Origin: Octopus vulgaris
Taxonomy: Eukaryota
NCBI GenBank assembly: GCA_951406725.2
Contig: OX597833.1
Location: 5,766,001 to 5,830,000 of the forward strand
DNA: 64,000 nt
Direction of reading: 5' to 3'
Part shown: one piece after another, positions 41,560 through 55,619 of the stretch
Numbering within the stretch: the stretch's first letter is position 1
Layout of the letters: each line of letters starts with the position of its first letter
Notes under the pieces: generated by a model
Database searches by the model: none
Told to the model about the DNA's origin: nothing
Seen by the model: only the letters and a program-made list of their open reading frames with translations
Translations under genes and position numbers: made by a program

Positions 41560-41931
41560 TAATAATAAGTAAAATGTACAAATGTGAAACTAATATGCCA
41601 CCCTGCATCCAATGTTAATGAAATGGTTAGGGAAGCGGAACGAGATGCTGTATAATGGCCAGAGTGGTTATTCGATATTGTTTGGTTGTTTGGCGAGAAA
41701 ACTGACCAAGCACAAATCGCAAATCTCTCTCCCCCTCTCTCTCTCTCTCTCTCTCTTTCTATCTCTATCTCTCGCTCTCTCTCACTTTTTCTCTATGATT
41801 TAGTGTTGTATTATGGCAGGACACACGGTTATATCAAATAAACTCATCAAAACAATAGAAATGGAGAGAAACAGAGAGAAAAGTACGAATTAATAACAAT
41901 GGCGATATGTGTATGCGTCCATTTGTATGCA

Positions 41932-41995
<64 letters not shown>

Positions 41996-42066
41996 TAGGT
42001 AGATAGATACATAGACAGACAGACAGACAGATATATATATATACATATATTTGTGTATATATATAT

Positions 42067-42115
<49 letters not shown>

Positions 42116-42186
42116 AAGATAGACAGACAGACAGACAGATTGATAGCTAGCTAGCTAGCTAGCTAGCTAGATAGATAGATAGATAG

Positions 42187-42273
<87 letters not shown>

Positions 42274-42312
42274 TTGATAGCTAGCTAGCTAGCTAGATAG
42301 ATAGATAGATAG

Positions 42313-42372
<60 letters not shown>

Positions 42373-43039
42373 GATAACTGACTGATTAACTGGTTAGCTT
42401 GTTGGCTGGCCGGACAGACATGCTGAATGACAGACATATTTCATCCGTAAGAACAAAAGGCGTCTTCGAAGACACTAAAGTTGAAACATCTGGCCTTGCT
42501 TCAGGGAAACCATGGACAGGACATGTCTATTCTGTTCATAATATTGAGTACTTTATACGTGATTTCCACAATTACGTGATCTGAATTTACCTCTTTTTCT
42601 CTATGTATGTATCTATATAAATATATCTATGTATAGAGATTTAAATTCTAAGTAATTTCAACTTAATATTTACGCCTGACACCTTAAATCGTCGTGGGTT
42701 TATATAATGCAGTTAACTGTGAAGTTTTTTAATTTACTTCCCAGTCGAAAATGGTTCTGCTTTTTTATTTTAAATAAGTCGAGAAACGTGATCTTTGTCC
42801 CAGAACAATATATGCTCATTTTAACGTGGACACACGAGCAGAAATTATGATGGCAGTGGGTTACATGAAATCCAGTACTAAACTAATACTCTATTTTATC
42901 CCTCTTGAAGTGGTGAAGAGCAAAGTTGATCTCAGAGGTATTTGAAGGAACAACTTGAAAAGCCAGAAGAAATGCCGCAAGGAATTTTATTCCACTCTGC
43001 TGACTCAGTGGCTAATTTGTTGCCAAATAATATGCTTTA

Positions 43040-43400
43040 GAAGAGATAAGTTTTCATTTTTCTAAGATAAATATAATATTTGAATACAACGAAATTGAGA
43101 ATACTTCTAGGAAGGACAGATAGGTTTCTGCTGTATGGTGTTATGGAAAAAGAGATTGCACAGTAGATTAAAAAGACTGAGGATAGACCATTTTCAGTTA
43201 AGCCCTGATCAATTCCTTCAAGTTCCAAATGTAAAGAGATGTGCGTGTGGAGAAGGAAATTTTGCCTTCTGGTGAAATTTTGGAAAGGTTGGTGACAATA
43301 ATAAGAATGACCAGTAAGTATAACCGGCAAGAATAACCGTTCAGGCGCTTGTGCTTGGAGTCAGGCTATTTCTGAGTCTGTGGAAGTTCATTTGTTTATT
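43040..43400 (-). pseudogene. Possible very old L1/Tx1-type ORF2 relic
   Basis: Ordered weak echoes KRLNGYSCRLY ... NGLSSVF ... LPRSILNFVVFKY of KSPGxDG / RPISLLNxDYK. Confidence 0.3.
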
Positions 43401-43654
43401 CTATGTGTATGATACCCTATCGCGATTTTAATTTCATTCTGTCTCATGGTATTATTTTTCATCTCTTTGGTTTCATGGTCGACTTTGCAAAAAGTCTTCA
43501 CTGTTGTAATTTATCGTTTCAGTAGTATCCACTCAACCTTCGCGCTTCCACTGACTTCAACTTTGCATTTCCTGCACCGGGGAGGTGGGGGTGGGGGCGA
43601 TGAAGTACTTTCAAGCATTAGGGGCTGTGTAAATTGTACTCAAATTATTAAAAA

Positions 43655-43705
43655 ATCTTCTTCTTCTTCTTCTTCTTCTTCTTCTTCTTCTTCTTTTCTT
43701 CTTCT

Positions 43706-43752
<47 letters not shown>

Positions 43753-43868
43753 TTCTTCTTCTCATTCTTCTTCTTCCTCTCCTTCTTCTTCGTCTTCTTC
43801 TTCTTCTTCTTCTTCTTCTTTTCTTCTTCTTCTTCTTTTCTTCTTCTTCTTCTTCTTCTTCTACCTCT

Positions 43869-43900
<32 letters not shown>

Positions 43901-44079
43901 TTCTTCTTCTTCTCATTCTTCTTCTTCCTCTCCTTCTTCTTCGTCTTCTTCTTCTTCTTCTTCTTTTCTTCTTCTTCTTCTACCTCTTCTTCTTTTTCTT
44001 CTTCCTCTTCTTCTTTTTCTTCTTCTTCTTTTTCTTCTTCTTCTTCTTCTTCTTCTTCTACCTCTTCTTCTTTTCTTCT

Positions 44080-44141
<62 letters not shown>

Positions 44142-44217
44142 TCATTCTTCTTCTACCTCTTCTTCTTTTCTTCTTCTTCTTCTTCTTCTTCTTCTTCTTC
44201 TTCTTCTTCTTCTTCTT
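43655..44217. repeat. Long (TTC)n polypyrimidine tract
   Basis: Visible; contains internally duplicated variant blocks. Confidence 0.95.
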
Positions 44218-44218
44218 G

Positions 44219-44325
44219 CCTTTGCACAGCTTCTAACGCTGGAGATGTATTACAGTGTCAGCTGTTCAATACCAGTGAACTAAGGTAACACCCCTTATTT
44301 TTCGAGCACCTTCCGAACTATTTCG
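44219..44325 (-). mobile_element. 3' end of the same R4/Dong family, abutting (AAG)n
   Basis: Reverse complement matches ~39089-39194 (RKVLEK* plus UTR). Confidence 0.85.
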
Positions 44326-44536
44326 TACATAAGAGGGTTGTATCTATCTATCTTTTCGCCTTCTTTCTTGACTATTTGTGGGTCAAAGGAGAACGCAACA
44401 ACAACAACTAATATGGCACATGTGATGCCTCTTGTGACCACCACTAGATCCGATCTGTTATGTTTTAGCACCTGATCCGTTTGGATTGGGAAATCTCAGA
44501 GGATTTTGCTAGTCTCCGACTCTGCCATTCCCTGCG

Positions 44537-44590
<54 letters not shown>

Positions 44591-44625
44591 GTTACTGTTG
44601 TTGTTGTTGTTGTTGTTGTTATTAC

Positions 44626-44706
<81 letters not shown>

Positions 44707-44924
44707 TTTTTTTTTCTTCTTTCAAATTTGCTTCCATTTCTTGCCGAGTGTCTTCCCGACTCATAGGGCAAAGAAACTCATAGTATACATTGGTAGGCCA
44801 TTAAGCCAAACTCAACAGTTCGTACATTTTTTTTTTTTTTAAGTTAAATTAAAATACATGAGCAGCAACAGTTCTCACATCGACAATGCTCTTCTCAATA
44901 CGTGTGATGTACCAGTTAAGACAA

Positions 44925-44980
<56 letters not shown>

Positions 44981-45204
44981 CGTTAACGCGATGGAGAAAA
45001 TATTTCGCAACATTCTTCCGGTTCTTTACTTTCTGAACGACTTTTACCCCTCATCCTTTCAGGGGCGATAAAATAAGTACCACTCGAGGACTCGCTTCGG
45101 TGAAATCGAATATTCCACTCCTTCTAAAATCGTTAACCCTGTGCCAGAATTTGAAACCGTTTTTAACAAACGGCAACAACAACAACAACAACAACAGCAA
45201 CAAC

Positions 45205-45298
<94 letters not shown>

Positions 45299-45737
45299 TG
45301 GAGTAGGATTAGTAGCAGTAGTTTTTGCTTTTGACGCCTGGAGAAAATAAAACTGCTAAGTAATTTTTAATTGCAGAGAGAAAATTTGGATAATTTTGCA
45401 AAATTTAAGCAAATTTATTTTCCATTCCTTGAGGTTATGCAGGACATCCTGAACCAATATGGAGTTTATTTTCATCGTAGATGGTAAAATGGTGTTGTTT
45501 TAACACTTTCACGTTCTGTTCTGACATCTGATAAATAATGAGGTCTACAACGCTAATAACAACAATATTAATAACAAGATAACGCCCCCAACAATCTAGA
45601 AAAATAAATTGCTGAAAATACAGACACTTGCGATAAAATAAATACAGAAAATAAATCTGTTTACTTGCCACAAGGCACATATGGAGAAAATGTCGATAGA
45701 GTGAAATTCCTAAATAAGGACATGAACGGGGATAATG

Positions 45738-46320
45738 AAGGCGGGAAGCTGGCAGAAACGTTAGCACGCCGGGCGAAATGCTTTGCGGTATTTCGTCTGC
45801 CGCTACGTTCTGAGTTCAAATTCCGCCGAGGTCAACTTTGCCTTTCATCCTTTCGGGGTCGATTAAATAAGTACCAGTTACGCACTGGAGTCGATATAAT
45901 CGACTTAATCCGTTTGTCTGTCCTTGCTTGTCCCCTCTGTGTTTAGCCCCTTTTGGGTAGTAAAGAAATATATATTTCGTCTGTCTTTATGTTCTGAGTT
46001 CAAATTCCGTCGAGGTCGACTTTGCCTTTCATCCTTTCGGGGTCGATAAACTAAGTACCAGTTACACACTGGGGTCGATATAATCGACTTAATCCGTTTG
46101 TCTGTCCTTCTTTGTCCCCTCTGTGTTTAGCCCCTTTTGGGTAGTAAAGAAATAGATATTTCGTCTGTCTTTACGTTCTGAGTTCAAACTCCACCAAAGT
46201 CGACTTTGCCTTTCATCCTTATTAGGGTAAATAAACTAAGTACCAGTTGAGCACTGGAATCGATGTAATCGACTTACACCACCTCCGAAATTGCTGGCCT
46301 TGTGCAAAAACTTAAAAGTA
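45738..46320 (+). mobile_element. Trimeric SINE family B
   Basis: One head followed by two re-starts at tatttcgtctgtcttta after taaagaaata. Confidence 0.88.
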
Positions 46321-46980
46321 TTATTAATGATAATGAAGGCGGCAAGCTAGTAAAATCGTTAGCGCGCCGAACAAATTGTTTAGCGACTTTTTGTCCGTCT
46401 TTATGTTCTGAATTGAAATCCGGTCGAGGTCGAGTTTACCTTTCATCTTTTTAGGGTTGGGAAAACAAGTACTTATCGAGTAAGGGGAAATAGATGCGAC
46501 CTGTGCGTAGAAGAACTTTACCAAATATTTACATCAAAATACACATGAATTAATACAAGGCATGAATAAGCCTTAAGATGTTTACACAAACACGGCAGGA
46601 CCTTTAAGAGGAATAGGGATAATTCTAGATAGCCAACGCCCCAGCAACAATTTCGTTCGCTATAACAAATAGAGTAACGTAACCTAAGCATAAAAATATT
46701 TAATAATTACCATTAATAAAATGCATAACACAAATCATAAGCAGCTCTTCCAAAAAAATGAATATAAACAAACAGGAACCTTTTAATACAAACTCGAAAT
46801 CAAAAACATTAAAATGAACAAGAGCCTTACAAAAACAATTATTTTAGACGTAGCCCTAACTTAGGATAGCGACTGGGGTGAAGTTGAGGACAACAGCACA
46901 TACCTATAAAAAACAACATCCCCAATTCTCACAGAGCACTAGCAAAAAAAAATTACTTGAGTCAGTTTACTTCAAGGATA

Positions 46981-47084
46981 ATTAAATGGACGGTCCCTGA
47001 TGAAGCTGCAACGACAACACTGAAAGGTAGTATTTGCAACAGTGAGTAGTCACAGCAACGGAAACACGTGTAGGTCATTGTAAT
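46981..47084 (+). ncRNA. Type I hammerhead ribozyme with long stem II
   Basis: gtcc CTGATGA a gctgc..gac..cactg/cagtg..gtc..gcaac g GAAA cacgtg TA ggtc; palindromic ACACGTGT; outer stem attaaatg/cattgtaat; predicted cleavage after 47072. Confidence 0.75.
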
Positions 47085-47135
47085 ACGGTGTACATAACTA
47101 TAACATAACTTTTCTGGGTGTACAAGTGTCCATAT

Positions 47136-47172
<37 letters not shown>

Positions 47173-47327
47173 ACACACACACACACACACATACACACAC
47201 ACACACACATACACACACATACACGAAACAACTATTCAAATAATGGAATAAGTATCTATTCCCCATCTTTTCTTATCTGGTCAATTTATATATACATTCA
47301 TACAAGCACACACACACACAATATATA

Positions 47328-47632
47328 TCTTTATATATAAAACTAAAGTTGTGTGTGTGTGTGTCTGTCTACTCCGATTTAGATTCCTAACTACTCCCAC
47401 ATTTTGCGGTGCAGTTTAACCAAAAGCGGGTATCTTATAGGCGTGATTCATATCGAGCCCTTCTGGGTATTAGCGCGCGTCTACGATGAGTTTACGATAT
47501 TAAAAAAATTACCATCATTTTTCCGCATTTTTAATGATTTTTGCTCTGGTTATACAAGGGAAGTAACTCTCTAAAAATGTTTATATAGTTATTTCCCTTA
47601 CAAACCCGAGCAACGCCGGGCGATACTGCTAG
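47328..47632 (+). mobile_element. Non-autonomous Helitron (copy 3, shorter internal variant)
   Basis: Same termini and 3' hairpins as 4543-5048, lacking ~200 bp of the interior. Confidence 0.88.
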
Positions 47633-47638
47633 TATATA

Positions 47639-47692
<54 letters not shown>

Positions 47693-48343
47693 TACGTACA
47701 AAAAGGAAGCGGTTTACTAAATTCATAAATATTGGTATCGAACGGCTATTGTCATCAAAGTGAATCGGTTTATATTATATTCATGTTAATGTTATATCCT
47801 TGACTGATGATAGCAGTCGGTTATTGTTATCTGAAAAGCTTTACCTTTAAAGTGATCACAATAAGCAGCTTCAATTAGCAAATATAGTTTTTATTTATTT
47901 ATTTAAGAATAATGGGATCAATATTTCAATCTATAGCCTGGACTGCAAAATCAAAGGAAGATGCGCAAGAAGTATATATACATATATATACATCCTGTAT
48001 ATATATATGTATATATGTATGCATATATATGTATGTATATATATGTGTGTGTGTGGTGTGTGTCAATATGTATATATATACACACATACATACATATACA
48101 TACATATATATATGTATATACATATATATATATATTTACATACAAATACACACACACACACACATATATATATATATGCAAATATGCATAAATGTAACCC
48201 GTGTGCGTGCATGCGTGTGTCGAAATAAGGAATGATGTATGCGTATATACCAGTTGCATGTAGGTGTGCATGTATATATATATATATATATACCTTGCAA
48301 ATTTACTTTATTATATATACTTACAAACATCCATAAATATATG

Positions 48344-48442
<99 letters not shown>

Positions 48443-48883
48443 TTGTTTCTGTGTCTGTACTGCGAATCAAGACTCATTTCCCAGAAATGCGCTGATGCTG
48501 ATACTGCTGTTAATGTAAATCGTTATCGATCATGACTTCCTATATGATTATCTAAGCGCTACCCTTCGAGTATCCCTTTCAAGTCGAGAGTATTGGACAA
48601 TCACAAAAGCTGCTTCCGAGAGGAGCTTTCAAGCGTTGTCAGCTTTTGAATGTTATTCGTGAGGCTTTCTGGTTGCGCCGCAACTTTATGCTAAAAACAA
48701 GATATCAGGTGTGACAATAACGTGTAAGCTAATACAATTTGCCCATCTATATCTATCTGGCGATATCTGCTGATTTAACTAAAGCATCTTTTAAAACTTT
48801 GCCTGTGTACCTACTTAGCTATTTTATAATGCATGTACTTATCCATCCACCCATCGATCCATCAATCTATATATATACACACG

Positions 48884-48940
<57 letters not shown>

Positions 48941-48985
48941 ATATTTCGGAATGGTCATATTGCCATATATATGGTCATATATATG

Positions 48986-49020
<35 letters not shown>

Positions 49021-49042
49021 GCATATATATACATATACACAC

Positions 49043-49121
<79 letters not shown>

Positions 49122-49124
49122 CTG

Positions 49125-49445
49125 AGACCCACTTCGGTCACGACACAGACCATGGGATTGCACCTAGAAAGTTACCGTCCCAGGCACAAGTCCGGGCAAG
49201 GTTGTTTATGGAAGACCAACAGTCGCCTATGCATACCGGCCGCCCCTCTCTACACCACCAGTGTTATCCAAGGGAAAGGCAAAGGGGCCGATACAGCTTG
49301 GCACCAGTGACGTCACAACTCATTTCTACAGCTGAGGGATCTGGAGCAACGTGAAATAAAGTGTCTTGCTCAAGAACACAGCACGAATCCCGATCCGGGA
49401 TTCGAGCTCACAACATCACGATCGTAAGCTCGACGCTCTAACCAC
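49125..49445 (-). mobile_element. tRNA-derived SINE, family D-like head with a different tail
   Basis: Reverse complement gtggttagagcgtcgagcttacgatcg..gtgttcttgagcaagacactttatttcacgttgctccag. Confidence 0.75.
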
Positions 49446-50654
49446 ACACATATATATATATACATATACATATATACATGTACATCCACACACACACAAA
49501 TATACATTCACAGACATAAAACATACACTTATTCATTTATGTATATATGCACACATATATACATGTATATATAGGTATATACATATACATATATACACAT
49601 ACATCCACACACACAAATATACATTCACCGAGACACAACACATACACTTATTCATATATATGTATACATGTATATATGTTTGTGTGTATATGAGCTGATT
49701 TACATAGTCCAGTTTTTGAAATGTAATTGTTTATGTAGAAACATGTATTCATGAGGAAATTAAAAAAAAAACAAAGTCCTATTTTCCTCTCCTCTGTAGG
49801 TTTGTTTCTCTCCTGATAAAAAAAAAGCGGAACGTACTGAAAATGAACACAGAGATCTCCCTCTTCCTGCTTAACAATCACGTTTTGTGAATTGTACAAC
49901 GTTTCTTATTTCTTTATTGCCCACAAGGGGCTAAACATTGAGGGGACAAACAGGGACAGACAAACGGATTAAGTCGATCACGTCTAACGTTTCTGCCAGC
50001 TCGCCGCCTTCCTCAGAGCAATGTTAATAACAGGCTCGATCTGCAAAGAAACCGACAATGTGTCACGCGCTTTTAGTTTTGTCTTCTTAACGTTTTCAAG
50101 TTCGAAACCTGTTGATATCGAATTCGTCTCTACTCTCTCCGGGGTTGATGTTATAAGTAACCGTTAAATGCTTCAGTTAGTTTGACCGACTGTAAGCTTT
50201 CCCCAATATTGTAACCGTGTCCTTCTTAAAAATCTTTGCTTTACTAATTTATTTCATTGATATGTAAACAATTAAAAAAATTCTTTAGAAACCTTCACGA
50301 AGCACTGCTTATGTCAGGGTTTCTATCCAAACGCTCTCATGAAACTAAAGACATTTTATAAATGTCTGAAGAAGAGAGGCGGTGCGCATAATATTTTGAG
50401 ACACTTCCAGACCTGTGAAATTGATGCTCTTAATATTTCAGCTTAGAATTCGAAAGCAATAAGGAAACGTGTGTAAAGAGGAATTTGTAGTGGGATGCTG
50501 TAGGGGTGTAGAAGGATTGGATAAAGTACGCGGTTTGCTGGGTGAACACCGTCGAGATGGTAGGAAGAAAGGAGATATTTGCATAGAGTAGGATCAGATG
50601 AGAGTATTCTCAAAGAATACTTATTCAGAAATGTGGAAATAGTTCATCGTTCTC

Positions 50655-50885
50655 ATTTCTTTGTTGCCCACAAGGGGCTAAACATAGAGGGGGCAAACAA
50701 GGACGCACAAACGGATTAAGTCGACTACATCGACCCCAGTGCGTAACTAGTACTTATTTAGTCGTCCCCAAAAGGATGGAAGGTAAAGTCGACCTCGGCG
50801 GAATTTGCACTCAGAACGCAGCGGCGGACGAAATACCACAAAGCGTTTCGCCCTGCGTACTAACATTTCTGTCAGCTCGCCGCCA
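50655..50885 (-). mobile_element. SINE family B with TSD
   Basis: Flanked by aatagttc(a/t)tcgttct on both sides. Confidence 0.85.
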
Positions 50886-52035
50886 ATAGTTCTTCGTTCT
50901 AGTATACGATGCACTTTTTCATTTTTCATGAAGTTCTAAGTATAGTATAAGTTGGTAAAACGCCGGAAGAAAAGGAATCCTGGTGATTCGAACCGATGTC
51001 ATTGGGGTTAGACATGATAACAATTTAGGGTGAGTTGAAGGGTTATCTATCGTGAAATAATTGAGTACAAACAACTTCCCGAAAACTTCGTAATAAATCT
51101 TGTTTGGATTCGTTTAAAAGTTTACACTGATGTAAGCATATTTAAACAGTAAATTTCTCAATTTCATTATCTTAAAGAATGTCCAAAAATAATTCAAATA
51201 AAAAAAGCAAAGAAAATACGATAAAAATATGAAGGATCATGTTTTTGCTGTAATGGAGAAAGCGTAAACAAACCGACTGCAAATCGTTGCATTTCACCAG
51301 AGTTTAATCAAATGTGTCTATCTCTCTCATATCTTCTGAATCGTTAATAAGATACATTTCCTTTCGGTTTCTGCTGCGTTGCCTAATTCCATTGTTTGTA
51401 TTATATTGCTGATATTATAGACTCTTTGAATCTCTTATTCCAACTTGAAACTCCCAATGGGTTCTAGAAATCTGAAGAAGGAACAGATTATTATATATAT
51501 ATCTTGTATTTGTCTGTCAGAGGAGAAATGGCAGCGCCTATGATATCTTTTGAACGTCTGTGACTTGGTGAAAGGAGAACTAGAGATAACAAAATGCACT
51601 CCGCCCAAAACAGAAAGGGGTCAAGAGATAAATGGTGACGGATTTAATTTATCACCGGAGAACAAGAATAATCTGTCCTCTCATTAGGCTTCCATAAAGG
51701 TTCCGTTCCCCAAATTCCTTCTTTAAGCGGCCGCAATCGAGATGCATTTTACAGTGCTATGGCAGGAGTCTCTGAACATCCATTAGCCTTATTAGATCCA
51801 CAATTCCGTGTTTTTGTCAATGAAACCAATATTGTTGAATGATTTTCGTCTCATGTATTGCGGTACGGAAATTTCTAAAATACATCTGATACTGAACATT
51901 GTTCTGCATTTCACCGACTCCTCAGTTTCATTTTGTGCGTCTCTGCCAATAATAACAATGTAGTTGAGCGGTCTTTATTCTTTATTAGGGTGTGCAAATC
52001 TCCAAAATATAACATTTGATATAACCTGCTGCTTT

Positions 52036-52290
52036 TCATTTCACAACATTGCGCCAGAAATTTATATCCACTCTTAGCTTTAGTAAGTCTTCCATTTCAT
52101 GTTGTGCATCTCTGCTAATAACATCAATGATGATGGGTGACCCTTCGTCTTTTGTTAGTATGCTGAGGACTCTTAAATATAACGCTTTAATTGACCTGTG
52201 GCTCAGCACAACAAGGGCCAAATAAGTTACTCCGGGTTGATCAATAAAAGTAGACAAAAGTGGATGTGTGTCCATAAAAACCACTCTTTT
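52036..52290 (-). pseudogene. RTE/RTEX-like LINE C-terminal relic
   Basis: IIDVISRDAQHEMEDLLKLRVDINFWRNVVK* resembles the xID.L..D.....DL...M.DR..WR..V terminus of RTE-group ORFs. Confidence 0.45.
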
Positions 52291-53048
52291 ATCAAATTCC
52301 TCGACGTCCGAATAGGAACACCCTCGTCCGGGGAGGCACCCGACAGAGGATCCCTCCCCAGCGTTAAACCACGCAGATATAAAACGAACATGCTAATTAC
52401 GCGCTTAAATGGGATTTCATGAAGCGTCGATGCTTCCTAAGGCTAAACAGCGGTGGTGTAATTCCCTTTATGGGACTGTCACGTTAAATTGACAGTATAC
52501 AACCACTCTATCGCCCCACCACCGTACATATCTCTATGAGATATTTAGAAATTTATTATTTCTGAATTATTAATGATAGCCTAGAAAGTTGACCACAACT
52601 TATTTTTCATGTTTGGTACTTATTTTATCAGTCTCTTAGGCTGTATCGCTAAGTTGTGGGACGTAAACAACCCAACACTGGTTGTTAAGCTATGGGAACA
52701 CAAACACAAACGCAAAGACAGATACACTGGTTGACGAAGTCGTTAGACGAAACTTGAAGTTTTGCTTAATAGGAGCTTAATTAAAAATTCGGTTTTATTT
52801 TCAGGATCGAATCACACTCGTCAGTAAAAATAATGTTGTTTTCCTGAAAAAATAGCTTTAACACGATAACCTAAATTTTAACCACACACGCACACACGCG
52901 CGCACACACACGCACACACACACACACAATGAATTCCTTGTTTAGAAAATTTATGAGAAACTCTCATAAATCATACACCCTTTGTCAATTCATGTTAGCT
53001 GCTATATACATATATGTGCGTATACCCGTATATTTATATATATAATTG

Positions 53049-53136
<88 letters not shown>

Positions 53137-53138
53137 AC

Positions 53139-53187
<49 letters not shown>

Positions 53188-53189
53188 TG

Positions 53190-53242
<53 letters not shown>

Positions 53243-53964
53243 CATATCTTAGTTCATTTGTTGATATTCCCCGCTCGGCTCCTATCGGATGTTGATGCAG
53301 TATTTATATCGTACTGAATACCGTACGACCAGAACTAACTACCCTATATAGCATTTCAGTCAGTTTAGCATTGCGTCTCGTTAAATGACATACATGACAT
53401 GTGCACCATATTATACTGTCAGCACCATTGCTCACAAGCGATGTTTAACACTCGAATGACAGACAGAACATGGCTTGTGATTTAAATTTGAAACACGTGG
53501 CTCCCATTTTAAAGATGGCGCGGAGTTTCTTTGCGACAAAGTCGACTTTCGTTTTTATTTATTGCTTTCGCTGGACATGCCAAAGGCAGTGATGTTTTAT
53601 ATAGCTTTATTTAAATCTGATTTATTTATTCATCGCTGATTTGGGGTAACACAGTATATTCAGTAGTAAACTATTTTACGCTTATCACGAATTGATGTGT
53701 GATGGCACGGGTCGGCAGCCAGTCGAAGGTTTAGCATGTACAGCAAAAACGTGCGTCGAAGACAAAACCACAACGCTCGGCTAATCAGAATGCATTGTCG
53801 CTCGTTTGCATGCGCAATCCCGTGCTGCGAGGTTGCGTGCTTCTTTTTTTCTTTTTACAGAGATTTACATAATCGTACCCTTCAACATGGGGTTAGTGAA
53901 TAATCAAATATAAGGGCGCTTGATCCTAATATACGATGCAGATGAGGGTATTCTGTACAGGAAA

Positions 53965-54378
53965 GGTGGCGAGCTGGCAGAAACGTTAGCACGCCGGGCG
54001 AAATGCTTAGCGGTGTTTCGTCTGCTGCTACGTTCTGAGTTTAAATTCCGCCGAGGTCGACTTTACCTTTCATCCTTTCGGGGTCGATTAATTAAGTACC
54101 AGTTACGCACTGGGGTCGATATAATCGACTTAATCCGTTTGTCTGTCCTTGTTTGTCCCCTCTGTGTTTAGCCCTTGTGGGTAATAATGAAATAGGTATT
54201 TCGTCTGCCGTTACGTTCTGAGTTCAAATTCCACCGAGGTCAACTTTGCCTTTCATCCTTTCGGGATCGATAAATTAAGTACCGGTTACGCACTGGGGTC
54301 GATATAATCAACTTAATCCGTTTCTCTGTCCTTGTTTGTCCTCTCTGTGTTTAGCCCCTTGTGAGTAGTAAAGAAATA
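53965..54378 (+). mobile_element. Dimeric SINE family B with 18-bp TSD
   Basis: ggtattctgtac(a/t)ggaaa at 53947-53964 and 54379-54396. Confidence 0.9.
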
Positions 54379-54722
54379 GGTATTCTGTACTGGAAAAATT
54401 AAAGATGATCAATAAAATATGTCTCGGTGGAAGCTTCACTGCTGACGAGCCGCAACTTTTGTGTCAATGAATCTACAATTCCCACCATTTACAAAGTACG
54501 TGGAGATGACTCATTGATCAGCTTTTTAAATGAGGAACCAAACACCTGTGACAAACGAGGGTAGATTGCATTATGTTTTTATGATAACACCGTTGATGGC
54601 AATGCACATAAAATCGTACACACGTGCACGCAGATAGAGTTACATCTACATCACGTGTGTTGAAGTGTAAAGATGGGCGGTCTGAGTCACACTGCAAGCT
54701 TTCAACCTTTTCTTTCTTTCCT

Positions 54723-54772
<50 letters not shown>

Positions 54773-54773
54773 G

Positions 54774-54834
<61 letters not shown>

Positions 54835-54867
54835 CATCTATCCATCTATCCATCCATCCATCCATCC

Positions 54868-54918
<51 letters not shown>

Positions 54919-54943
54919 CATCTATCCATCCATCCATCCATCC

Positions 54944-55011
<68 letters not shown>

Positions 55012-55052
55012 ATTTATCTACCTGCCTGTCTGTCTGTCTGTCTGTTTATCTA

Positions 55053-55136
<84 letters not shown>

Positions 55137-55287
55137 CTAGGCTGGATTGTTGAAACGGTTCAAAAGCAAGCAAATGGTGAATAGGAGCAGGTGGAAGACG
55201 AGGAGGAAGTGGAGGAGGAGGAGGAGGAGGAGGAAGATGTTAGAATGATTGGATGGAGTTTGAGGAAGAGAAATATTCTGAGAAAGT

Positions 55288-55329
<42 letters not shown>

Positions 55330-55619
55330 AGAGAGAAAGGGAGAGAGAGAGAGAGCGAAAACTAAAGAGTAATCGATAGATAAAAAACTATGAGTGTATA
55401 TGGGAAGAAACAGAGGAAGAAGATTAAGAAGCATTGGAGAAACCGTAGAAGTTAAAGTGATAACAGAAATAGGAAGGTGGAGAGGGAAAGAGAAAGAAAG
55501 AGGGAGAGAGAAAGAGTGAGAGGGAAAGAGAGAGAGAGAAAGAAAGTAATGAAGAATGATATATATATATAGAGTCGAGTCTTTTTCGTTTAGCATCTTT
55601 TATATTCTTTCTTTTATGT

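Noticed and set aside
47744-47846. CTGATGA...GAAA agct TT motif with a weak inverted partner
   Set aside because: Stem II is out of register and there is no stem I; it cannot be distinguished from chance.
52731-52832. Two facing HHR-like strings (TTGACGA a gtc gtta gac GAAA cttgaag TT; minus-strand CTGACGA..GAAA)
   Set aside because: C3 is altered or the stems are poor and stem I is unsupported; possible relics, but not counted.
53511-53522. YY1-like AAGATGGCG motif suggesting a promoter
   Set aside because: An isolated short motif with no supporting exon or transcript evidence.
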